Shown here in pieces: positions 11,701 through 23,919 of a stretch of DNA of 64,000 bases (within the stretch, counting starts at the first letter, position 1; every line of letters begins with the position of its first letter). A model generated the notes under the pieces. The model had not been told where the DNA came from, ran no database searches, and saw only the letters and a program-made list of their open reading frames with translations. Both the position numbers and the translations under genes were made by a program. Origin of the DNA: an uncultured Nitrososphaerales archaeon (GTDB lineage: Archaea; Thermoproteota; Nitrososphaeria; Nitrososphaerales; Nitrososphaeraceae); the NCBI GenBank assembly GCA_963709405.1, contig CAVPXM010000036.1, forward strand, positions 47,921 to 111,920, given 5' to 3'.

Positions 11701-12657
11701 ATGACTAGAACTACAATAGACCCATGGCCGCCACTTCAATTGGCAGGGTGGCAAGATACGTATAATACGCTGCATATGTGGACTCAAATCATTGGAAAGA
11801 TCAGACTTGCACTTACTCCCCCAGTAAATCATTGGTGGAACTCTACCCTGTATATTACACCACATGGACTCACAACATCCTCCATGTATCACAATGACCG
11901 ACTCTTACAGATAGACTTTGATTTCATTTCCCACCTACTGCTCATTATAACGGCTGACAATCCTACCAAGACAATCGCTCTCCGACCATGTTCGGTAGCC
12001 GAGTTTTATCAAGAAACTATGGCAGCCCTAAAATCACTTGGAATACCTGTAACCATTTGGACTACACCAGTAGAAGTCCCTGACCGAACCCCATTTGAGC
12101 ATGACCGAAAACACGCCGCATATGATCCTGAATATGCACAGCGATTCTGGCGAATTCTAGCTCAGGCTAGCCGCGTGCTTTATGAGTTCCGCTCCAGTTT
12201 TATTGGCAAAGTGAGCCCTGTACATTTTTTCTGGGGAGCTTTTGATCTAGCCGTCACACGCTTTTCAGGACGCAAGGCGCCTTCACACCCTGGCGCGCCA
12301 TACTGTGCTCCTTTTGTGATGGTCGAAGCCTATTCGCATGAAGTAAGTAGCTGTGGTTTCTGGCCTGGTGGTGGACCTGTTAATGAACCTGTCTTCTATG
12401 CTTACTCGTATCCCGAGCCTCAGGGCTTCAATGAGTACCCAATTCAACCAAAGGAGGCTTTCTATCATACTGAGATGAGAGAGTTCCTGTTGCCCTACAA
12501 TGTAGTCCGTACCGCAAATTCGCCTGATCAGGTTTTATTGGCTTTTCTCCAAAGCACATATGAGGCTGCTCAACTTGTGCGAAATGGGATAGAAATGCAT
12601 TGGAGCGTCAATTGTAGCGGTAACATATCATTGCATTTCCTTTACATAAGAAACTAA
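11701..12657 (+). CDS. DUF5996 family protein (frameshift near the C-terminus)
   Basis: TLHMWTQIIGKIRL, NHWW, SPVHFFWGAFDLAVTRFSGR, EAYSHE, GFWPG; the natural end (KWDRNALER) lies in another frame. Confidence 0.85.
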   Translation: MTRTTIDPWPPLQLAGWQDTYNTLHMWTQIIGKIRLALTPPVNHWWNSTLYITPHGLTTSSMYHNDRLLQIDFDFISHLLLIITADNPTKTIALRPCSVAEFYQETMAALKSLGIPVTIWTTPVEVPDRTPFEHDRKHAAYDPEYAQRFWRILAQASRVLYEFRSSFIGKVSPVHFFWGAFDLAVTRFSGRKAPSHPGAPYCAPFVMVEAYSHEVSSCGFWPGGGPVNEPVFYAYSYPEPQGFNEYPIQPKEAFYHTEMREFLLPYNVVRTANSPDQVLLAFLQSTYEAAQLVRNGIEMHWSVNCSGNISLHFLYIRN

Positions 12658-13093
12658 TACAGAAAATGAAACAAGAAGACAATAGAAAAATCAAACTAGA
12701 AGGCTTTGTTAATGAGGGGCTGAAACTTACAATTACTCGTTGTATTTCATTATTCATTTTCTTGACTTTACAACCTCTGCAATTACTTCATTTAAGTATG
12801 ATTCCATAACTGTATCGGCAATCTGCTTTTCCATTTAAGATGTACCTATATTATCTAGAAATTTTGATGATACTTAGCATTTGAAGATGCGCTTAATGAT
12901 AAATAACTAAGATATTTTAGAATTTCAGTTGATTAGTACGTTTACGTGGAAAATTGAATATATTTATTTTTTTATAACTAAGAGAGAATCATCGTAAGCT
13001 AGGATACAGAAAAATCAGTAATGATTGTTACGATAGCTTATATACATTACGCGCATAAGATTGCAAGTGCTCTCCATCCCAAAAAATAAGAGC

Positions 13094-14985
13094 ATGAATA
13101 GTAGTAATAACAGGAACCAACTAATGGTTACCTTCAAAGGATTAAAGTATGGAGCCTTTGCTGGTTTTATAGCAACTTGGTCCATATCTTCAGTGATCGC
13201 CGTAACTGAAATATTACTCGGATTGAATATTGGTACATTTTACTCGATTATGGGCATTAGCTTAGGAGTTAATAATATTGCGGCTACCACATCTACAGCT
13301 TTTGGTCTTCATCTTTTGATTGGAACTATAATAGGGGCGATACTTGGTATCATTGGGATCAGATGGAAAAAAGTGCGTATGCTCAATCCGTACAAGAGTG
13401 CATTGGTTGGCATGGGAGCAGGTATCGTAGTATGGCTAGTATTGTTCCTTCCAATAACTACGTTCCTGGTTCAACCAGCTATTAATTCCATCACTACTAT
13501 GTTGGCTATACAATCGCAGAAGGTACTAGTGTCTGAAGATGCTTTGTTGCACAAAATCATTATCATATAGGTATGAGTTTGTTGACCAATTGAGATTTAG
13601 CTAACATGTAATGAGATTATTGTTGGACATGATTAACTGGTCTTTTTATAACAAATCGCTAGTTAGGCGAGGTGAAGTTATTCTAGATTTTGATGTCATA
13701 GATAGTTGGTATAGTGAGTTGGACTTAATGAATGATGGAAAGAGGGGTGGACAGTACCACTATCCAGATTCGTTTATCCAATTACTAGGTTACATGAGGG
13801 TATATTTTCATCTGCCATACCGCCAAGCAGAAGGCGTAGTCATAGCTCATGCTGGTAATAAGAAGATACCATCTATTCCAAACTACAGTACAATTAACAG
13901 ACGTATTAATAACCAGGATATCAGAATCAGCGAACGACATGAGGTAGGTAATGATGATGACATCATTATAGCATTAGATAGTACAGGAATCAAAGTTGCT
14001 AATAGAGGTGAATGGATACGACATAAATGGCACGTAAGAAGAGGTTATCTGAAAATACATGTAGCAGTAAACATCAAGAATAAGAAGATTATTTCTTTGG
14101 AGGTTACTAGTGAAGAAGTACACGATGGCAAGATGCTAAAGAAGTTGATTGATAATGCTTCTGCAAATAACAATGTAAAGGGTGCGTTAGCAGATGGTAT
14201 GTATGACAGTAATAAGAATTTTAGATATCTATCCAAGAACCATATTAAACCTGGTATAAAGACAAGAAGTAATTCCAAGGTCAAGACAGGCAACTGTCAA
14301 GCAAGGAATAGGTCTGTAATGAGACAACAAACAAATCTCAAAAGATGGAAACATAGCGTGAGCTATGGACAAAGGTGGATGGCAGAAACGGTATTCTCGT
14401 CTATCAAAAGAACGTTTGGCGAGTATGTAACTGCAAGAAAGTTTCAGAATATGGCCAAAGAGATGTTGCTAAAAGCATCACTGTATAACATGTTTGCTAT
14501 CGGGATGTAGAGATATAGATAATGTACGAATGATAAAATGATTCATGCAACAGAGCTTCTGAAGATATAAACTTGTCCATTAGAAATATTACATTAATTG
14601 CAATTGCATTTCACTTGATATGGGGTGCGATATTTGGATTTATTATTAGCTCTCTGCTAAGAATCAGGCTTTTTAGAATAAAGGAACACTACAAAGATGA
14701 TGTACTCTCGTCATCATCAAGGTTTAGAGAACTTGCTTACCCCAGAAGGGAGCAAAAAAATCACTTGAGATGGCTATGAATGCATGGAAGGTACGTAGCG
14801 AACTTTCACACAAGATAGGAAAGGGAATGTACGTAGTCGCAGAGTATGAAAGGATAAAGCGCATCACTATGCCATTTGGAGATGACTATCTCCTATATCT
14901 AACTACAGAGACAGGAGCAGACCATTTTGATATAATCAATCGAATTCGTAAATTAGAAGTGGGGCTAAAGTATTCCAATAGATGA
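13094..14985 (+). pseudogene. multi-TM membrane protein with C-terminal DUF6659-like domain, split by IS5 and internally deleted
   Basis: TM helices 13094-13540 resume in frame after the IS (EDINLSIRN..FHLIWGAIFG); downstream KIGKGMYVVAEYERIKRITMP is DUF6659-like. Confidence 0.65.
13540..14557 (+). mobile_element. IS5-family (IS903-like) element with intact transposase (13611-14510)
   Basis: TIRs TGCTTTGTTGCA / TGCAACAGAGCT, target duplication TCTGAAGA(T); LDSTG, ADGMYD and RWMAETVFSSIK DDE motifs. Confidence 0.92.
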
Positions 14986-15192
14986 TTAGCGTATGATCTG
15001 CTGGTATTTCCCAAGATTCTCTTATTATACAGTATTTGATTAGCTATATACTAGAATGCATGGAAGAAGGACGGTCCGTGAAACCTAAAATATAGGATTC
15101 AATGTTATTAACTGCCCTGTGTATATCGAACCGTCAATCTATAGATCCGATGTCTCATTTTAGAGAATGTTTATAATCTGATATGCTGCACA

Positions 15193-15486
15193 TCATATTA
15201 GAGAACACTCTCCGAGATAACTAAACCGGATATTATGAGAATCAGATATTGTCGCGTTTTGACAGCGATAAATTTCGACCGCATATACATGCTTACACTT
15301 GAGATCACGACAAGCATGGTCTGGACATGAACAAACCCATCCAGATTGGGTTACAATGACGTTGTAAGTATCGTAGCCAGATTTTGATCTGACACTATAA
15401 TTAAATTTGTTAATCATCATAATGGCGTCACTCGTGCGAGCTATCAATTTGCCTTGCTCTTCACGGTTAACGAGTTGTCTAGGCAT
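15193..15486 (-). CDS. SWIM zinc-finger protein (possibly a transposase N-terminal remnant)
   Basis: WVCSCPDHACRDLKCKHVYAV fits CxC-xn-CxH. Confidence 0.7.
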   Translation of the reverse strand: MPRQLVNREEQGKLIARTSDAIMMINKFNYSVRSKSGYDTYNVIVTQSGWVCSCPDHACRDLKCKHVYAVEIYRCQNATISDSHNIRFSYLGECSLI

Positions 15487-15560
15487 CTTTAGGCAATCGC
15501 GCGTGAAGATCAGATTAATAGCATCTTGAACTAGGTATGATTAGAGTTCGACTAACTAAT

Positions 15561-16995
15561 CTAATCCACTATGTCGGAGATCCCCTGTTTCAATAAGAGC
15601 TTTTCAAAGTAGTTATCAAATTTATTATTAGTAACTATGTCATCAGAATAAATTCCAAGAGTAATTACTCTTCCTCTTTTGTAATCAAGTTCATAAGTAG
15701 CAATTATAGGCTTATTTGATGCTTGTCCTAGTGATGCAGATGAGGATAGTACTGGGAAATAGGTCTTCGGGATTGAAGCGTTATAGTTAAACAATACCAC
15801 ATCATGTGGATTGTCTAAATATTGTTCTTCATGTGGTTTATACCCAAATGGATTATTTTGAAATGCTTTTACGCACAGGTAGCATAGATAATTACTTCCG
15901 ATCCATTGTGAGGTCTCGTTTTTCCACCTCTCGGCTACACTTTTCCATGCGGTTCTACCATTAAATGCCCAATAATGGCCTTTGACTAAGCTTACCATGT
16001 CTTTCTGATGATCATAGTTTACTTCGGCATAAAACACATTACCATCCAAAAGAAGCATAGTACCACCATTTGCAACAAATCTTTTCAAGTTATCATATTC
16101 TCGCTGTGTGACATATTCTTGATGTCCCAATAAGACAAGATCAAATGCATTACTTCCATTCTTTGTGAACATAAAGCCATTGTCTGCAGCAGGATCATCA
16201 AATACTGTAATATTGGAATCAGGACTCACGTGCTTGATATCAGTAAGGAGTTTTAACATTGAAAACACATAAGGCAAGGATGGATACCATGAAGCATTAA
16301 CTGGTACAGATAACAGACTTAGATCGGTAGTAACATTTTTGCCAACTGGTGTGTTACTGTATAGCTTGTAGAATTTATAAAATCCATTGGCATATGCGGC
16401 AACCGTAAATGAAGGTTTAACTAATGCAATACGAGGACCTTTTTCAGACGAAACATCTCCTCGTTTCTGAAGGGTTTCGTTAGTTATCTGTTGCTGCGAC
16501 AAATTGTCTCGTCTAGTAACTCTGTTGGAAAGCTGAGCAGAGGATGAAGAAGCATTATTAGCTGATATACTAACACTAGTACCATGATTGTTGTAAATGC
16601 CACTATTGATGCTCAGCTTCATTAATGTTAGCAGAGATGAAGACAAAGGTATAGAGACGTTTATTAATGAGTTATTAATACTACTTTCTTCATTGGCCTT
16701 CCTAGTTAGTGAAGGATAATAGCTCGCCTGTCGGGTTTGCATAGTTACCAATCCAAGTATAGTCTCATTATTACGCTTAACAAATGGAGAGGTTATTTGT
16801 AGTCTTCTTTATGCTATTGCTCAGTTGAGTTTTAACATCATATACTTTGGCTAATGCTGCCGTATGTAGAGATAAGCCACCACCTCCATTATTAATCCTG
16901 TAATTATTCAATAAATCGTCATAAGCGGACAAGATTACTGCCATGATGATCATGGAAATAATAGTCACTAAGGACAATGCCTTTAACTTCTGCAT
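15561..16995 (-). pseudogene. secreted protein with N,N-dimethylformamidase beta-subunit-like domain, split
   Basis: Signal-peptide ORF 16777-16995 followed by 15561-16751 with PSFTVAAY, LLGHQEYVT, FVANGG and LDGNVFYAEV. Confidence 0.65.
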
Positions 16996-17181
16996 TTTCT
17001 AAAGATGTGTCACCTCGTCATCCTCTATTTCTGATGGACATAATAGATTTACGCGACACACACACTATAAATTATTGATTAACAATGTTATTCAATTTTT
17101 AGCCGACAGATCTATGAAAATAATCTTTATCACTTGTGGTCCCAACAAAGAATTAGATGGTGAACTGTGATCTGGTAAAGC

Positions 17182-17720
17182 GGCTCTGTAAAGTTAAGGA
17201 AAAGCTATAGGTTTCTTTCTCGTTTTTATATATGGTATACCAAGTAAGAAAAAGAACGGAACCTGAAGACATAGTATATGCTTTGCATCTTTATTTTAAT
17301 GGTATTTCGTTAAGAAATACTTCTAAGGCCATATCCAAATTTGTTACAAGAAGCCATACTGCCATAAGAGATTGGATTCAAAAGTATAATCCTAAAAGAT
17401 TGTTCTATAGAAAGACCAAGATATTCGAATTCATACTCGACGAAACCCAAATCAAAGTTGGTTCTGAGTTAATTAATTTGGCTTTGGGTTGCCATAGAGC
17501 CTGAAAGTAAAGAGGTTCTAAGATTGAATATATCAAAAGAGAGAAATATGTTTGTGGCAGAGATTTCTATCAAATGTTGTAAAAGAATATGGAGAACATC
17601 CGGTTTCTACCGATGGCGGTACTTGGTATCCACAAGCCTGTCAATTCTTGAAACTAAATCATCGTCACATCCATTCTTCATATAAGAAAACTATCATAGA
17701 AAGGACGATACAGTATATAA
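17182..17720 (+). mobile_element. IS6-family transposase remnant, truncated by IS1595
   Basis: Left end GGCTCTGTAAAGTT; LYFNGISLR, ILDETQIKVG, WLWVAIEP, VSTDGGTWY and IIERTIQYI across frames. Confidence 0.8.
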
Positions 17721-18625
17721 TAAGGTAATACCTAAGAAGTTGGAACAGTTCTTACCATTATTTTAGCTAGTAACCGGAAGATATCTTCGTTCCTATGGTT
17801 GAATCTAAATTCTATTTCTTTAAGGTACAGGTGAAAGTACTGTTTGGGTACTCCTCGATAATGATACAACCAGGTCTTTGCATAACTCCAGAATCCTTCA
17901 ATACCATTGATATGACTAGTATCTTCACGTTACATATTCTTCCATTCGATGAGCAATTATCTGATGTTTTCCGATTAGACCTAATGAAGCATATGCAGTA
18001 TGGTCATCGGTATAATACAAGGAACCCTTCTTAGTATGGAGTTTAATTAATGGAATTAATGTATCATGTATTCTGTCAGATACAGGAAATGTGATGACCT
18101 TGCCATTCCTCTGATATATTCCAAATACCAGGCTTTTACCTTCTGCACCCCATCAGCGTTTTCCTTTCCTATGTCCACCAAATAATGCTTCGTCTATTTC
18201 TATTTCTCCTGACAGCTTCTTCAGCTCCTTTAATTTCTGAAGTGATTCATTGTAGATTGATTGTCTGAATACCCTGAATGTTCTCTCTATTGTGGCCAAG
18301 CTAAGTGGAACATAAAATCGGATTCTGTACGCTGGTACTCCAAGAGCATAGAGATAGAGTAGGTGTGCTAGTATATCAAGTGAGAAATAAAACTCTCCAA
18401 GATAAGTTCCTGTCAACTCTCCAAATTTGTATCTGCAACGTTTGCATCCAAACCTCTTATCTTTAAGATGGTACAACAATCGATATCCACATCTTGGACA
18501 TCGTCTCCTTCCTTTCCATCTAGCATGACGCAAATATACGCGGCTTTTTGTCACACTTCCAGCGAGTTCTATAGGACTAGATTCACGCACGCATCACGAA
18601 TAGGGCACTAGAAATTATCCCTTAT
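17721..18625 (-). mobile_element. IS1595-family element, transposase with nonsense mutations
   Basis: Zn ribbon CPRC..CKRC, EIEIDEALFGG, YTDDH, HINGIEGFWS, YLKEIEFRFN; inverted ends ATAATAAGG / CCTTATTAT. Confidence 0.85.
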
Positions 18626-18648
18626 TATCTGTTCCAAGTTCTTGGGTA

Positions 18649-19420
18649 TTACCAAAATTTATAATGATAATCCAAAGATATAGAAAGTCCTATTTCGCTA
18701 GAAAGTATCTTCGCCACATTTTCATAATCATTTCTTGTTGCTCCATCTTTCCTAAGAAATACAGAATCGGTGTCTGCATATACTAGCTCAAAACCCAATT
18801 GCTGTATGATGTCCTTTGTCTTTAACAATACTTCTCTTGCCAGCCTGTTGATCTCTTCAAAAGCAAAAACATTGCCAAATCTGTTCCATATAGGGCCGGT
18901 GGTGCCATACAGACAAACAAGTATTTTCTTTAGAGCTTCAATCCACTGCTCACACCAAAATGCTTCTTCAATATTCTCTTTGGGAATTTTCTTCAAGAGC
19001 TCCTTAAAGTAAGTTCTGCGTTTGAGCACCTATTCTACTACTCGTGGCAGCAATGCCTTCTCCTCTTCATCATCATCAGATCCTTTTACTGCTTTTCTCT
19101 GACTTGGTGTAGCAGCAGAGGTCGAAGAAATAACTGTCTCATAACTCAAATTATGTTTTACTATTAGATTTGCGTATTCGCTCTCATAATCTAATACGAC
19201 TACATTCTCATGCAGACCTATCTGAGGTGAAATTATCATGCCACCTTTATCATTCTCAACTATGTTTTCAACGGTTTTAATTTGCTCATGAGTTGCAGCA
19301 TTTTTCTTATGAGGGATAACAAAGCCTCTTTGAAATAGCTCATAACAATTCCTGCTATCTATCAATCGACTTATTCCGTATTGAGATACAAGTCCCAATG
19401 GTAAGAAACTGAACCGTTCC
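18649..19420 (-). pseudogene. family B DNA polymerase (PolB2-like) fragment
   Basis: Motif A LDYESEYAN, motif B LKKILVCLYG, motif C YADTDS; internal stop at about 19030; both ends missing. Confidence 0.8.
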
Positions 19421-19572
19421 TGTCTGTCTACAAATTTCGCCTACTCTAGTTGATTCTCTTCTTGACCTTTGATGTATTACAACTATACTTTTTTTCCCTG
19501 CGTATTATAAACTAAAAATTGAATAGGATTAGCCATGAGTAAATCAAACTTGACGGAAATGGAGAAAGAAAT

Positions 19573-19815
19573 ATGCCAACAATAGTGCACTTTGAAATTC
19601 CTTCGGATGACATCGAAAGATCAAAAAAGTTCTATAATGAATTGTTTGGATGGAAAATAGAAAAATTGGCTAGTGCAGATAATAGCCAGTTGACCTCGGC
19701 AGCAGATGGTCAGCCAATGGAATATTGGATGGTGACAACAATAGATGATAAAGGAAATAAAGCATTAGGTGGTGGAATGATGAAAAGACAAATGCCAGAC
19801 TTTCATACTCTGTAA
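19573..19815 (+). pseudogene. VOC/glyoxalase family protein, 3'-truncated
   Basis: IVHFEIPSDDIERSKKFYNELFGWKI..GGGMMKR; second half absent. Confidence 0.8.
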
Positions 19816-19884
19816 CAAAAAGGGACTGATCTCCTTACATATATACTATGACAGTTAATGAGTACAAATGAGACAGGAGAGACC

Positions 19885-20239
19885 ATGAATCCTGAGAGAG
19901 ACGGTATCAATCCAACTGCAAAACCGACCGGTACAGGTTGCGTCGAGTGTTTGACAACGGGTGAGTGGTGGCTACACCTCCGCCGATGCGCCGAATGCGG
20001 GCACATCGGCTGGTTGCGATAACTCGCCAAACCAACATGCCTCAAAGCACAACGCGACTACCGGTCATCCGATTATCACGAGCTTCGAGCACGGAGAGGA
20101 TTGGTTCTACGACTACCGCACAGGAGAGTTCTTTGCAGGGCCTAAGCTACCCGGTCCCCATGGCCACCCCTTAGATCAGTCCGTGCCTGGACCGGCTGGA
20201 CGGGTGCCCATAGAGTGGCAATCACTCCTCCATGAATAA
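19885..20239 (+). pseudogene. UBP-type zinc-finger protein, frameshifted
   Basis: GCVECL..WWLHLRRCAECGHIG(C)CDNSPNQHASKH..HPIITSFE assembled across frames; GC-richer than flanks. Confidence 0.8.
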
Positions 20240-20690
20240 AGTGCAACTTGCATCCAAGCGGGGCTTGGGAGCGATGCGCCAGATGTTCCCCCTGACTTTC
20301 CTGTGCGCGCTTCTGGTGATACGAGAAACCTTGCCAAAGGCACAATGTCTTTGATCTCGCCAAGCTGCCCGTTGATGCTCTGACCCTTAAAATATTCCTT
20401 CGGGTCAGGATATATCTCATCTAAAACAGATTCTAATGAAATGAACTGGTTGTATTGGAATGCCGGAAGGCATAGTAAGGATGGTCACTGCCTAAGAGCA
20501 AAGACATCGATGAATCCAAGATTTACTTTTCTTTTCTCTACATGTGTAGGAGTTGAAGGGCTTACAGGTTTTTCTGTCCTTTCCCTCGACATATCCTCTG
20601 ATCTTTGTTTGTTTGTTTGTTTGTATTATTCTACATGGTGTTGGTGAACAAGCTGGTCATAGAATCTAACCGACTTGATATTGACAAACT

Positions 20691-21098
20691 CTAGCATACC
20701 ATACCAAATTCCTCGTGCCTCATGAGCTTGCATTCCGCGTTCATTGCAGCACCTCTTATCAATAATGCTCTGATCTTGTTTGCTTTATAGAACACTATGC
20801 CAATTTCTCTAAAAAAAGCTACTTTATCAAGATGTTTGCCCGAGTACTTTCCAGCAAGGCTACAGAGCATGTTTTGATCTTCAGCTGCTAGATTAACTCC
20901 AAACTCCTTAGACGCCTTGATGTTTTCGGCTGTCGCATCCATGCTACGAATATTTACAGCAATTAGACTTGGGCTATAAGATATGTGATGTGTCCATTCA
21001 GCTGCCATTACATTAGGACCATAAGGCCCATCACTTGTAATTAGCCCTACATTTGTCAAAAATTGCCTAGTACGTCTATCATTCCAAGAAAGATCCAT
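20691..21098 (-). pseudogene. flavin reductase-like (DIM6/NTAB) protein, 3'-truncated
   Basis: NVMAAEWT..SYSPSLIAV..TAENIKASKEFGVN..AECKL; lacks the GDH..GEV end. Confidence 0.75.
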
Positions 21099-21819
21099 AT
21101 CTGTGAAATTATTAATTATAAATATATACTAACGCCTCTAGCAAAATAAGATAAATAATTACTTTTGTTATAGTAGGCATTAATATAATTCGCATCTATC
21201 TTCGCTGCCTGTTTGTGCATTGTCGTGCTTTGTCGCACGATTCATTATCGGACCTATATCAGGGCTTGCCAGCCGCTACTGTAATTCAGAACACATTGTG
21301 AAAAAAGCTATAAGACGGTTCCCCGTTCGGACGAAGATCACGCTCGAATCGCTAGGGGATATTAACGCGAAACCTAGCTGGAACAGTGAGGAGCGCGCGC
21401 ACGTTCATGTTCCCAATTACATAGTAATTCAGATATACATATAGATGAACTCAGCAAATCCCGATCATATAGTTAACTTCTTTTAGGGAGATTCAAATAT
21501 GCTCTATACACCGTTGCCAGTTGCAAGGAACGCACTTTAAAGCAAAGCCCTCTTAATGCGATAATTGCTAAAAACAAGATTACTTTTATTGCACATTATG
21601 TCCAGACATAAAGATTGTACAACTGGAATCAATAGAGCACCATACCAAGTACAAAGATCCCGAGAAGCATAAATCAGAGTCTGTTAGTTCCCTAAGCTTA
21701 CTCATGACTAGGCGGATTCTATGACTAGGTAAAACATTCAGGACTTGTGATGAACTCATAAACAAATCGGCCTGCTAATTTATTCTATAATTCAAAAGGA
21801 AAAATCTAAAATAAGTAAC

Positions 21820-22098
21820 CTAATGCGCCGTAATAACTAGCATAGATGCATACCAATCAGCTGTTAATTTATGTGCCATAGCACTCATTAGGTCACCTGA
21901 TTTTATATTTGAGTCTGCCTGTTCCTGTTCTTCTTTGATTTTCTGAATGAAATATTCGTGTTGACGTATTTGTTTTTGCTTAAATATATCGTCGATTGTT
22001 TTTTGAAATTTGCTCAAGTCACCAGAAATTTTTTCATTAAGTTTTCGGGTTAATTCATCTTGTTGTACTTGTATTTCACGCATCTCATCATTAATCAT
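21820..22098 (-). CDS. small coiled-coil hypothetical protein
   Basis: ORF with helical charged composition; no recognised motif. Confidence 0.4.
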   Translation of the reverse strand: MINDEMREIQVQQDELTRKLNEKISGDLSKFQKTIDDIFKQKQIRQHEYFIQKIKEEQEQADSNIKSGDLMSAMAHKLTADWYASMLVITAH

Positions 22099-22364
22099 TA
22101 GTAGATCTTCAAAATATCATACTTTTAAAGATTTTTCTAGAATAGCCCTCATTTCTAGCCTATCTGAGTTCCCATGACTGTAAGTTTAGTAGTTTTAATA
22201 TCTTGTTGTTTTAGCCCTGCAGACACAAGAATAACAGTGGCACATGCATGCATAAACCATCATATTCCCTCGATAACTGCATTCTAGGTTAAATCAAAAA
22301 ATGTATATTATAAACATCTATACAAAGAAAATGGACACAAAAAAAATTATTGTTTGTGGAGGAA

Positions 22365-22832
22365 CTATTGGTGTTGAACTGGGCGGAATGAATTCCAAGC
22401 CTTTGCGGCGCTCGTGTTATATTCTGTCATAGACTCAATTGTTCGATTAAAGGTTCTGAAGTTTTCTGCTGCTGCATTTATCGCGTTGACTGTCAATTGG
22501 TTGTTGATCCTAACTGCTTTGACTATGTTCTCGGTTATCTCGTTTGATTGCTTTACAAATTCATCAGTGTATGGTGGTGCTACTGGTGGAACGTTCCCGT
22601 TACTTGCAAACACCTTGTGAGCTGAAACCATACTTTGGATAGTATCCTTTGCTGCGTCAATGCAATTAAGCTGTAGATTAGAGACCGATTGTGCATATTG
22701 TGGTTGAGCTTTTGCATACTCGTCTACTATTCTAACGTAGTTTTGTCTTACTGTGTCATAAAAGTTAGCTGCTTCAGCTGACCTAGTTGAAGTGGTGGTT
22801 ATGTCGTCTTTAGATTTAATATTATCTACCAT
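22365..22832 (-). CDS. phasin-like helical protein; paralog of 3291-3791
   Basis: Same motifs as 3291-3791; ATG at 22832 with TATATAAG about 35 nt upstream and a T-run downstream. Confidence 0.6.
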   Translation of the reverse strand: MVDNIKSKDDITTTSTRSAEAANFYDTVRQNYVRIVDEYAKAQPQYAQSVSNLQLNCIDAAKDTIQSMVSAHKVFASNGNVPPVAPPYTDEFVKQSNEITENIVKAVRINNQLTVNAINAAAENFRTFNRTIESMTEYNTSAAKAWNSFRPVQHQ

Positions 22833-23296
22833 TTTTATCTCATCTATAATACTATTAGCGTCCACCTTATATATACGTTGGTATTTAATGGGTCTAAATT
22901 CCATATAAAACCATATAATGTCGCAATTCACCGGTGGCAATGCAGAAGGATACCAGCAAGTTCCACGACTTTCCCGAGTTCCCGTTTGGACGAAAATCAC
23001 GCTCAAATTCATTGTGATACAAACGGGAAAGATGACGGCGATGTTGAAAGGCGCGCATACTCATGTTCTCCGTTACCAACCAAACTATCTATAGATATAG
23101 AAGACACGACTCATCTTAGCTCATTAAACGATTTCTTTCATGACAATCCAAATATATCATATATGGTTCCTCCGGAACACGTTCTAGAGCAAAGTCCGTG
23201 TCGCACAATAGTTGTCATAAAACAGGGATACTTTTATTGCAGATTGCATCCTGACATAAAGAACGTACATCTGGAATTGGTAGAACTTGAATATGC

Positions 23297-23700
23297 CTAG
23301 ATGATTCTATAGAAAGGAAACTTCAGAACTTGTAGTGGTCTTGCATAATCCTTCATACCAGTAAAGTCAATCATAATGCACGGTTCATTTCCAACAACCC
23401 ATGCATTGTGTCCAGGCGGTATTACAGCAGTATCTCCAGGTCCGCCTTCAACTTCTGTGCCATCGTCCATCTTGACTTTCATTCTCCCAGAAATAGTATA
23501 TGATGTATGAGGAGCTTGGCAACTATCTGTATTAACTAGTGACTTGATACATTTTTCCCAACTCCATCCTGGTTCTAATGTTCCTCTACCTATGGTGACG
23601 CCGCTATCCATAAAGTTTACAATTTCTATCTTTCCTTTTCAAATGTCCTTACTTCGTCAGGTGAAGCAAAGCTTTTTGCCAATATTTTTGCTGATGACAC
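23297..23700 (-). pseudogene. cupin domain protein, N-terminus frameshifted
   Basis: LEPGWSW..SCQAPH..ISGRMKV..IPPGHNAWVVGNEP. Confidence 0.75.
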
Positions 23701-23919
23701 TGACTATTGGAAAGATAGCATTAACATTAAAGGATTACGAAGCTTGTGATGCCTCTAGTAATTTTAGTCATATATGACACTATCTGATTCTTGATGTCAG
23801 GTTTTATTGGCATGCTGAAGCAAATACATCTTGTTGGCAAAAATTATTTTGGTGAGTTAGTTATAACATCGGAACGCAGAAACTATCTTCAAACACCGCC
23901 GAGTCCATGAGTTCGACGA

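Noticed and set aside
17795-18034. 79-aa plus-strand ORF
   Set aside because: Antisense shadow of the IS1595 transposase
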